DNA from: Yuukianura sp. NJ FZ-2021
Taxonomy: Eukaryota
DNA length: 64,000 nt
Assembly (NCBI GenBank): GCA_046563655.1
Contig: CM102287.1
Coordinates: forward strand, 124,001 to 188,000
Direction of reading: 5' to 3'
Made by a program: the position numbers and the translations under genes. The notes below the pieces were generated by a model. That model saw only the letters and a list, made by a program, of their open reading frames with translations. It was not told the origin of the DNA and ran no database searches. Each line of letters starts with the position of its first letter. The first letter of the stretch is position 1. Positions 10,929-19,936 of this stretch are shown one piece after another.

Positions 10929-11502
10929 TTGGGCAAAATTTAATGAACCACAGAGACGCCTCACTAGCGTTAGAAACGTAGTATATTGAGTAGCATTACT
11001 CCACTAGCATTTGCATAAAAGAATTTTGTCGTTGTGAAATTTATTTGAATTCTGGTGAAAAATTTGTATTATGTAAAATTTGATAAAAAAAGTAAACTTT
11101 CAATTTTTCTGAAATCCTTTTCCCAAGCCTTCTTCAGTTTACAGAACACACCAAAAGCTGCTCACAAAAAAAAAGAAAAGAAAGAAATCCATTCATTGTC
11201 ATGATGTATTTGAAATAAATTCTCCACTTCCATATTTTTTTTTCAGTTTATTTTTTTTTTGCCTTTGTTCCACTTTCTTTACCTCGAAATCTTTACTCTT
11301 ACTACTAAGACAAGAAAAAAAAATAGAAAGAAACAAAGAAACTTTTGAACATTCAATTTTTTTTATTGAATTTTTCAAGCTAAATTTATGGGTGGAAGAG
11401 GTCAATGCCGTCTGTGTTGCTCAAACTCCTCATCGGGCGCGCTGAACAAAACTAAAAATAAAGAAAAATTAAAATAACTTTCGCAGTAGCGTTGTTTCTT
11501 GA

Positions 11503-11790
11503 TCACTTACTCATTTCCAGTAGCTTCATCTGAGCATGCCGATGCATGCTCCTACAGTGCAGAAAGTTGGCTATGGCGTCCTGCTCTTCCGGCCTGCAGT
11601 ACCTAGGAGTTGCGCCATATCTCCAGTTGTTCCAAGCCGCTCTGAGGCGGTCGTATGTAGCGTAGGCATCCAGAATTAGCCTACGTCGCCAGTTCCCGCC
11701 GGTCCTCTGGTCGTCGCAGATGACCTCCTGGGGGCAGACACAAGTGTCCCAATCGTCGTGTTCGCATGGTCTGGCTACTGCGGATCCCAT
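11503..11790 (-). CDS. Small accessory protein, MGS start, Cys-rich N-terminus
   Basis: ATG at 11790 (MGSAVARPCEHDDWDTCVCP). The upstream part of the track ORF is T-rich and looks non-coding. Confidence 0.55.
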   Translation of the reverse strand: MGSAVARPCEHDDWDTCVCPQEVICDDQRTGGNWRRRLILDAYATYDRLRAAWNNWRYGATPRYCRPEEQDAIANFLHCRSMHRHAQMKLLEMSK

Positions 11791-11982
11791 CTCTATTTTC
11801 TCTTTGAAACTTTTAGACTGTGAAGCAAAAAGTGATCTAAAGCAAAAACTGCAGAAACTACAGAATTTAAATACTGTAGACGACGAGCCAAAAAAATGCA
11901 TCTTAAACATTGAAGAAGAAAAAGTTAGGTAAAAGCTGATAGCCAAACATTTATTCAAAGCTTTTTTTCTTTGAAACCTTCT

Positions 11983-12396
11983 TTACAAATCTTCAGGGTC
12001 AACCTTAGCAGCAATACTCTCCATCGTTTTCACAAAAGCGTCAATGTCTCCACGACAAAACGTTAACTTTGGCCCAAAATACCCATCAAATTTTGAATTG
12101 TCGCTCGGGGAATTGAGATAAAAAAAATATCTGTCCCTCCGGACGTTGATAAAACGCATTCTAAACCGCATAGTTTCGCTGTACCAAGCGTCGTCGTGTG
12201 TCCAGAATGAGAGCTCCTTGGGCTCAATCAGGGTTCCCGTCTCGTACTTGAATAAGGGAGCTCCTGCCTTCACGGACTCGTCAATCTCAGCCAGAGTCGA
12301 TTTGATTTGATCCAGGATTACAGCAACTTCTCGAAACAAGATTCCAAGGATCGTTGGGCTCGCGTTGGAGTTGAGTTTCTGGATGTAAATCTTCAT
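11983..12396 (-). CDS. Hypothetical Polinton protein, 137 aa
   Basis: Clean ORF with a polypyrimidine-CAG acceptor 2 nt before the ATG and AATAAA after the stop. Confidence 0.6.
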   Translation of the reverse strand: MKIYIQKLNSNASPTILGILFREVAVILDQIKSTLAEIDESVKAGAPLFKYETGTLIEPKELSFWTHDDAWYSETMRFRMRFINVRRDRYFFYLNSPSDNSKFDGYFGPKLTFCRGDIDAFVKTMESIAAKVDPEDL

Positions 12397-12472
12397 GGCT
12401 GCAAAAGAAAGAAATGCAATTTGTAAAAAAAAAAGAATACAACCGAAACTTTCATATTTTTCAATTCATATT

Positions 12473-12907
12473 TTAGTTAATCGTACTTTGAGAATACGGG
12501 TCAAACCCGAGCCGAGCGTAGAACGTAGTTGACGTTCCGAACTTTTCCACCAGTCCAGATTCAGAAAAGAATGCTTGCGCATTCTTTGGCCCAAGCTCCA
12601 GTTGCTTTGCCTTTTTCACGTAACTCATCGGTAACCCAGAGAATGCCTCGGTGAAAATAAAAGGAGTGTTCGGCGGTCTTCCCTCCACGACGTCCTGGCC
12701 ACCCGGATTGGCGACGCCGGTCAACAAGTCAATGGCCCGTCGACTCCTGACGGCCGGTGTAGCTTCATCTGCGTCATCAAAGTCCAAGCGTCTTCTAAAC
12801 GCTCCCACCTTTTGCGTTGGAATTTCTGAAAACATTTTAAAAGAATTAGCTCCAAAAAGAAACTTTAGTATCAATTGTAAATACTAACCAGCGCTATTGC
12901 TTCCCAT
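12473..12907 (-). CDS. Small accessory protein, 2 exons, MGSNSA start and RRRLDF motif
   Basis: ATG at 12907 and GT-AG intron 12826-12888 give MGSNSAEIPTQKVGAFRRRLDFDD. Confidence 0.6.
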
Positions 12908-13224
12908 CTTCGAGCTGCGTTACTTTGGATGACGTTCTTGAATTTGTGAAAGTACTGGTGACTGGACCTCGAATCCGGGCCTTTTTAAGGGAAAATTTTA
13001 GCCCCGTGTGACCCCTGAGGTTCATGAACTGGTTAGGTTACTAACCTAGCCAATCCAATGCTGTGCTTGGTCCCCACCCTACCTCCCCCCCAACACCGTT
13101 TCGGCGATAAAATTTTGACCTCGGACGACCGGCGATTTTTTCAGAGAGTTGCGGCAGGGCCAGTGCACTCAGTCGGAGATACGATCATTACCATCTTAAT
13201 ACAATTCAATTGCTCAATTATGTT

Positions 13225-13470
13225 AAATTTCGAATATCACTCAAAACAAATTATCTCCAGGCCGACAAAGCGGCACGTCACGACTCCCTAATCTGGGCAT
13301 TGTGCTCTTTAGGGTTGAAGAATCTTAGCTCCAACAATGATTATCTATTCATGTTATTCTCTCCTTGCAATTTGAATATCACGAAATTATATCTCGGACA
13401 ACAAAGCGGCGCGTCACGACTCTCCAATTTTGCAATTTTGCATTGTCCTCGATAGGGTTGAAGAACTTTG
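13225..13470 (+). repeat. Degenerate two-copy direct repeat in the intergenic region between divergent gene blocks
   Basis: GAATATCAC...ACAAAGCGGC(A/G)CGTCACGACTC...GCATTGT...TAGGGTTGAAGAA appears twice, ~140 bp apart. Confidence 0.7.
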
Positions 13471-13609
13471 GCTGATTACTACCCTCCAGGCTTTTGTGCT
13501 CAGTTCAATGACCGAAGGTAACCCCTAGAGCGTTAGCATCAGAAACAGTCGTATAAAATCCCGCCTTAAAATCGTTTTTAAGTCTGCAAAATTTCTTAAG
13601 CCAGTCAGT

Positions 13610-14014
13610 ATGAATTCATCTACACATCATTGCTGTAAATGTGTAAAAATATTTAGTCCAATCAGAATCAAAGTAATCAAAGACAGACTTACTAAGTCGC
13701 GCTGCCAAGACATTGAGAAAATTGTTCGGGAAGACTACTCGCAGTGCACAAACTGCGACATTGTGTGGGACGGATTTGCGCAGCACGTTTGCCCGTCAAC
13801 AAAGCCTTCGAAGCCCTTGAGTATTGTGGAGATTTTGTGTAGTATTCAGCGTTGGAGCAGCAAAGAGCCATTTACGTTTGGCGGATTTAGATTCAAAATT
13901 GGAAGAGTCACCGCATTGGACGCCGCTTACATTCAAGAAGAAATTTTGAAAAACTTTAACGTTTTCTACTCTTCACGTCTGCCCGTAAAGTCCATCAAGC
14001 GTTGCAGACTGTAA
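13610..14014 (+). CDS. Cys-rich hypothetical protein (CxxC...WDGFAQHxC)
   Basis: TATA at ~13552. The stop lies 2 nt before the helicase ATG. Putative zinc-binding motif CTNCDIVWDGFAQHVC. Confidence 0.6.
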   Translation: MNSSTHHCCKCVKIFSPIRIKVIKDRLTKSRCQDIEKIVREDYSQCTNCDIVWDGFAQHVCPSTKPSKPLSIVEILCSIQRWSSKEPFTFGGFRFKIGRVTALDAAYIQEEILKNFNVFYSSRLPVKSIKRCRL

Positions 14015-14016
14015 AG

Positions 14017-16331
14017 ATGGATAAAAGTTCACTCAAACGAAAGCTGGAGAAAGGAGAAAGCGGAAACGTTGTACACAAGTTGGTTCCGAGTAATCCATTA
14101 ACGTTTTTAGAATACTGCAAAACTCAGCCCGTCAACAGAGTATTTCCGGTCGTTGAACTAGAGCAGCTCAATTCCAAGCAGCGACAAACTGCAAAACTGG
14201 TGACTGAAGCCCTCTCTGCTCGTAACCAGGAATTCATTTTGTGCCACGGCGCGGCTGGGACAGGCAAGCAACAGCCATTTCTTTAGAAATTTCATTTGAA
14301 ATTATTTATTGTTCTCAAAATTTAGGAAAAAGCTTCATAATACACTATTTAAGAGGCTATTTCGAAAAGAGGAAGATTCGTTTCCTTGTCTTTGCATTCA
14401 CTGGTGCAGCGGCATTCAACGCGGGAGGAATAACTGTTCACAGCGGCCTCTCATTAAGTCTGGGTCATCGAAAGCATGACCCGGAAAAATATGTCGAATT
14501 TCCAAGGGAGAGACTGAAGGGAGTACGACTTTTAATAATTGACGAAGTTTTTATGCTTGGGGTTGGCCTTCTGGGATACATGGAGCGAAGACTTCGGGCA
14601 ATTTTCAGGACACAAGAACCATTTGGAGGTCTAACGGTGTTGGCCATGGGTGACCTGGCACAGTAAGCTACACTTTTAAATGTGTAAACCTCATAATCAG
14701 TGTTGGTGGATATCCACTTTTTCGACATTTCGTCCACGGCTGGATATCCAGTGGAAGAAATGGACGAAATGGATGAATCCAAAGGGGCGGAGCTTTGCCC
14801 TCCGAATTTGAATTAATTGGCTACAAAAAACTAAAAAACATGAAAACACAGTGCAAAAACTATGTAAATATAGTTTTTGAATACGTTTTAAATAATATAT
14901 TAGCTATTAATCACGAAAGTAAAGCTCTCTGATATTATTTTGTAAATTTAAATTTGAATTAATTTGAATTTCGCGCAAAATTTGTGATTTCTTCCATCCA
15001 CTTTTAGTTTCGTCCATTTGGGGCGCGTTTCTTCCAGTGGATATCCACTGGAAGTGGCTATTAAGCCACTGGACGTTTAAGCGTCCACCAACACTGCTCA
15101 TAATAATGATGTTTGATGTTTAAGGCTAAGTCCAGTGGCAGATAGACCCTTATACTACAAGTCTGCGCATGCCGAAGGCTTGTGCTTGGATGGGATCAAG
15201 GCGTACGCGCATTTTAACCAATGCATAATACTGACAGAAATTATGCGGCAAGACGAGTCTCAAGCCAAGTTGAAAGAAATTTTGTCGCGCGTACGGTGCG
15301 GAAAACTAGAAGAACAAGACATTGAAGCGCTGCAATTGAGGTCTTTGGAACAACTTTCTTCAGTCCTGACTGCGGAAGAGCTTTCACTTTTCCTCTCCAC
15401 TCCTGTTCTCTTTGCAGAAAATCACAACGTGAATAGTTACAATGAGTAAGTCTTTATAAGATACTGAATTTATGCATACTATTAAAAATGTAAAAAAAAG
15501 AAAACGAATTTCGGAGATGGACGTTGACATTACGGAGGTGGACGCCATCGACATGCGAGATGAGACAAAGACTGGCGACAAATTGAAGCTAGCGGTTGAA
15601 GCCCGCTGCATGTTAACCAAGAATATTTTTGTCGCAGCAGGTATACCATAGTATCCATATTAATTTTAAAAAGACTAATTTCTGATTTTTCTAAACAAGA
15701 CTTTACAACGGAGCACTAGTCGCAGTCACTCAGATTTCAAACGAAGTAGACGAAAACGGATTTCCAAGTTTCGTTTTCGTCCGTCCCGACACATATTGTG
15801 GCGTTCCATACCCACTCAGGAGAGATATTCCTATAGTTCCGCTCGTGATGCCATACTATGACAAGTATGCGGGAAGAACTTACCAAAGAAAGTTATTCCT
15901 ATTGCAACTGGCTTGGGGGATGACATGTCACAAGGCACAGGTAAATTACCTCAAGACTATGCTGAAAACATTTGGTCATTTGTTTTTTCTTTATAGGGCA
16001 AAACTTGCAAACGGGTAGTGGTGGGGAATCCAGCACCCGGTGACACATCAACAATGTTTACTAGTCAGGCGCCTCAGTTGGTTTATGTAGCAATGAGTAA
16101 GAAACAATTTTTTGCATTTTTTTCGTATTTTTCAAGCTTAATAATGAAATTTAAAATTTAGGTCGTGTCACAACTCTGGACGGATTAATGTTCCAGCACC
16201 CATTCAGTCCAAATCTGGTCGTGGGACATAGGAGCCTAGCTATTCGGCAATGGCAGGAGGAATTACAGCGCCTAGAAGCCATGGAAGCCAACACCAACAC
16301 GAATTTCAATTTAATTTTAGATTTAAAATAA
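14017..16331 (+). CDS. PIF1: PIF1-family (SF1B) DNA helicase, 7 exons, possibly inactivated
   Basis: After splicing: HGAAGTGKS, AFTGAAAFNAGGITVHS, IIDEVFM, FGG...GDLAQLSPV, LTEIMRQ, LAWGMTCHKAQGKT, YVAMSRVTT. Introns 14264-14325 (GC-AG), 14663-15124, 15446-15500, 15641-15698 (acceptor reads AA), 15941-15996 and 16097-16161. Confidence 0.88.
14698..15096. mobile_element. hAT-type MITE (399 bp) in helicase intron 2
   Basis: TIRs CAGTGTTGGTGGA / TCCACCAACACTG with an 8-bp TSD CTCATAAT on both sides. Removing it leaves a 55-nt intron. Confidence 0.9.
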
Positions 16332-16427
16332 ATAGTTTTATGGTAGCATTGTGAATTTTGGCTTTACTAGTAAAAGTATTCATAGATTTCCATTCAACTG
16401 TATTCAGTTTGCAAGAATTTTTAACAA

Positions 16428-16512
16428 AGTACAAGTGGTTCAGTGGTATGAGCGTGTTCTGAAAATTTTTGTTGCCTGGGTTCAAATCTCTTGTGGTTCA
16501 ACTTTTTTTTTT
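16428..16512 (+). ncRNA. Degenerate tRNA-like / Pol III-type element
   Basis: A-box-like TGGTTCAGTGG, B-box-like GGTTCAAATC, ACAAG/CTTGT pairing and a long T run. No valid anticodon arm. Confidence 0.35.
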
Positions 16513-16813
16513 ATTCCAAATACTATGTTTTCTTATTGTTGAAACAATTCGTTTTTTAAAAAAAATTATTTTTTATTTTTTGAAAATTTTTAATACAATT
16601 GAAAAGATAAAACAGCATAATTAACTTAAAAACTAAATTCAAGTTAAAATTTGCCCATATGTACTCATCTCAGGTGAGTGGGTACAAAGGTGAATGCAGG
16701 TGTGCATGTGCAGCCGGTTGTAAACAAAAGCACGTGAAAGTGAAAGTTGTAAAAACTCCCACTTCCTCGTGCTTCTGTTTTGTGTTGCTGTGCTGGAAGA
16801 GGATTCCTAGAAA

Positions 16814-18252
16814 ATGGTAAGTTTTTATAATTAAAATTAAACTAAATTAAACTAAAAACTAAAAATTTTTTATTAAAATTTGTTTTTAGGAAAATTTTAG
16901 AATGTTGCTGGGCCATTTGGCAATCGTGGTCTTGTTTGGAGCCACGGGGTTTGGGGATCCCCCAAAATGTGACCTGAACTGGCCCTGTGTTCAGTGTCAG
17001 GGGAGCGATGCGCTTGGTCGAGGCGTGAAGACGGGGTGGGGGTATGCCACCCCATTGGGGAGACCCCCAATGGGCGCTACATCTTCTCTTGGCTGCCCCC
17101 TGACACCCTAAAGTGCCCCCAGCCTGAACAGGCACGAGAGGGGGTCCCTGCTACAGAGTGGGAGACTGCTGCCATCATTTTGGCAGCTTGGCTGGCGTGT
17201 AAGTTTTTTTTTATAAAATTGGAACGATACAGAGTAAGGTTTGTTGACTTTGATTTTCTTTAACAGGTTGAGTAATACCTCATGTTTTTTTAATTTTGCA
17301 AAAATAGTGTCTTTCATTTCATGATATCATAGTCTTAACAATACAGCTGAATTTTTTAATTTTACATTCGATTTTTTTTTTATATTTGTACCAAAATTGG
17401 TACAAAATGTGTTTTTTTTTATTTTTGACAACAATCGAGATAGTACTCAACCTGTTAAAGAAAATTCATTTTTTGTTGTCACATTGCAGACAAATCACTA
17501 ATTCATGATTTGTCTTTGTTTCAGTAGTGACAACTTGTGTCGTGGGTGCAGGGATTCGGTGGTTGATTGGGTGGGTTAGGGAGTGGAGAGAGCCCCACCA
17601 ACATCGGGGATTTAGGCCCCGCCCACCAACACCACATCCAGCTACGCCTGCTGCCCCACGACGTGCCACGACGGCCCCACCACAGTTGCCCCACCGTCCA
17701 GCTCCACCAACTCCTGCAGCAGCAGCGACTGGCTTGGCCCCACCACCGTGGGGTGAGTACCCCAACCTGACCAGCCCCACGATGGTGCAGCACCTGGAGC
17801 CGTTACGGCAGTCGGCCAGACTGGCTGCCAAGCGGCAGCATCCGGAGTATTCCCGGCCAAGGCAAGGTTTGTTTTTGTTTTTATTAAGTAGCGAAAGCTA
17901 CTTTATGCAGAATCTGCAATGCAATTTTATTTGCAAGTAAACAGAATGAGAGTGGAGAGTAGAGTGGAGAGTGCGAACATAGAAGTAACCATCCCGCATC
18001 TCTCTCCATTGTCATTCTGTTTGCTTGCAAAAAACTGCATTGCAGATTTTTGCACCTTTTTTTTTAATCAAATTTTATTTTTTATTTTCAGGTACCGGTA
18101 CTAGGTACCAAGCACCCAGCACCAGCACCAATCCATTTCTTCGCGGGAACATGGTTTCGTTCCCATTTGCGGTTACAAATCCGCAGTATTCAGCACTGGA
18201 TCTAAATCCTACGGGATTAGTTTCCAGTGCTGAAGAAACGTCATTTGTTTAA
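16814..18252 (+). CDS. Spliced type I membrane protein (signal peptide, Cys-rich ectodomain, TM, Pro-rich tail); frameshift in a G-run
   Basis: ATG|GTAAG, introns 16817-16889 and 17199-17524. Signal LLGHLAIVVLFGATGFG; TM AAIILAAWLALVTTCVVGAGI. One extra G near 17040 joins the two frames. The 3' exons are uncertain. Confidence 0.55.
17264..17454. mobile_element. Small TTAA-flanked MITE in an intron
   Basis: TTAA-CAGGTTGAGTA ... TACTCAACCTG-TTAA. The host intron is far longer than the ~60-nt norm here. Confidence 0.65.
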
Positions 18253-18719
18253 TGGCAAATGGGAATGAACCATGTTCATTAGATTAAGTTTTCCTTTTCC
18301 GGTTATTTTCAGTTTCAAATTCAATGTTGTTCAACAGAAGAGCTTAGCCACATAAAGTATAAGGCATAACATTGAATTTGAAACTGAAAAAAGCTGGAAA
18401 ACGATAGTTAGTTTAATCTTTTTGCACAGTTTTTCTTAAAAATTTACACTTTTGCAAAAATAAAATTATATTCGGCCTGCCATTTACTTGTAGTTGTTTT
18501 TTTCACTGACTCTGTCAGAATTGCCACAGTTGCCTGGTGGTGTAGAGCGACAGTAACAAAATAGAGAGACGGAGAGCGACGCGAAGTCGAATCTTTAAAA
18601 GTTTTTTTTTATTTTTTAGATTTTTTTTATTTTTTAGATTTTTTTTTAAATTATAAATAATATTTAAGAATAATTAATAATTTAAATCTGCATATAATAT
18701 TTTACAATTGTTAATTAAT

Positions 18720-18984
18720 TACATTTTTATTAACATGGATTTGAGCGGGGTGAACGGACAGGGGCTGGGGGTGTGGGGAGGGGGGCTTGACCTATTTTCT
18801 TCTGGTAAACAGTTACCACTAACTGATATATAGTGGAGGGGGGGTATGGGGGTGCGGAGGTGGGGGGGGGGTGATGACGTCATATGCAAAACGTTTTTGC
18901 GCATGAGCAAAAAACGTCTTATGCAGATGCAATTGCTGATAAGGACGGCGGCCATTTTGAAAAAAGTCCTTTTCCTCTACCACT
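18720..18984 (-). repeat. Putative Polinton terminal inverted repeat (right end)
   Basis: Minus strand begins AGTGGTAGAG and contains CAAAATGGCCGCC, TGACGTCA and G/C tracts. It abuts BEL sequence 9 nt after the pol stop. The partner TIR is not in the window. Confidence 0.6.
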
Positions 18985-18993
18985 AAGTATAGC

Positions 18994-19287
18994 TCAAATA
19001 CCATAGCGAATCGGTTTCCGAATTGTCCGTCCGCTTCTTGTAGTCTTCTGTTTTGGTTCTGCAGTTATGACCTCGTCTTCGTCCTGACACGGCAGGCACT
19101 CACAATAAGTGTCGCTGTCGCTGTCAACTGCAGATTGTCGATGACGTTGGAGCTCTCGGCTGTCTTGACACTATTGCTCTCGGATGTCTTGACTGGTGGC
19201 TCCGGTATCTCGTCATGTCTCAATTCCATTGGCACGAGTCGTTGGATGGGACGTAGTAGCTCTCCATTCTTCGTCTTCAATTTGGCT
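18994..19287 (-). pseudogene. pol: C-terminal tail of BEL1 pol, separated by the Gypsy insertion; frameshifted
   Basis: GEIRVA (27274) joins KLKTKNGELLRPIQRLVPME across the GGCT TSD. Confidence 0.85.
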
Positions 19288-19693
19288 TGAAGTGCCCTGG
19301 TTTTCCCCCTTTAGGTTAGGGTCAATTGCCCCTTGAGGTTAGGGAGTGGCCTTAGGTTAGGGTAGTTAGGTTAGGGTTTAGTCTTAGCCTGTAGTGAGAT
19401 TTGGTTTAGCGTTTAGCGGGAGTTTTGAGTAGAGTTAGCGTGGTAGAGGAGAGTCAGGAGAGTATTGAGACTAGTTGTGCTAGTCAGTCGGTTTTTGGTG
19501 TTTGGTTCAGCATGAGCTGAGACTTTGTATCATTTTGTACAAATAAATATCTTTTATATTTATTTGTCTCCGTGTCTTTGTGTTGTTTCTTGGTGTCCCT
19601 TTTGGTCCTCAGTTTTGTTGCATGAGTCCGGCAGTGCTCGGATCGTAGTCTGGAGGCCATCTTTGGCAGTTTTGCGTAGCACGAGGTGCTACA
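19288..19693 (+). repeat. Gypsy 5' LTR
   Basis: Near-identical to 26880-27273 apart from a few small indels and substitutions. Contains TTAGG-like motifs and AATAAA. Confidence 0.95.
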
Positions 19694-19695
19694 CA

Positions 19696-19705
19696 TGGCG
19701 ACCGT
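19696..19705 (+). promoter_or_regulatory. Primer-binding site (probably tRNA-Arg type)
   Basis: TGGCGACCGT lies 2 nt after the LTR and resembles the 412/mdg1-type PBS. Confidence 0.7.
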
Positions 19706-19936
19706 TTTGTGAGTGTTACTGCTGAGGTCAAAGGTCACAATGGTGTAACAACACATGGTGAGTGTTTAAAAACTTTTATTCTGTGTCAAGTGGGATCAAG
19801 ACATCATGTAATTGTTCGTGTGTGGACGTTACCCTTGGTCAAAGGGAAGTGGCCATAAATTCAGAAGTGGATCATCGGTAAATTTTGTACATAGAAGGAG
19901 GAAGTTGCCGAAACAACTTCCACTGGATCCACTCCA

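Larger units (their letters stand above)
4446..18984. mobile_element. Polinton/Maverick-like endogenous DNA virus, right-hand part, intron-rich, with PIF1 helicase
   Basis: Tightly packed integrase, penton, core, MCP and protease genes. Terminus reads AGTGGTAGAG on the minus strand at 18984. pPolB and packaging ATPase are not in the window; the left part is interrupted. Confidence 0.88.

Noticed and set aside
14017..16331. Helitron interpretation of the PIF1 helicase
   Set aside because: No HUH Rep domain or Helitron ends nearby. The gene is packed within the Polinton gene array.
16428..16512. Functional tRNA gene
   Set aside because: No proper anticodon arm and an internal T run. Kept only as a tRNA-like motif.
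19020..19050. GTCCGTCC...AGTCTTC resembling the DINE-like end at 38439
   Set aside because: It is the antisense of the BEL1 coding tail KTTRSGRTIRKP.
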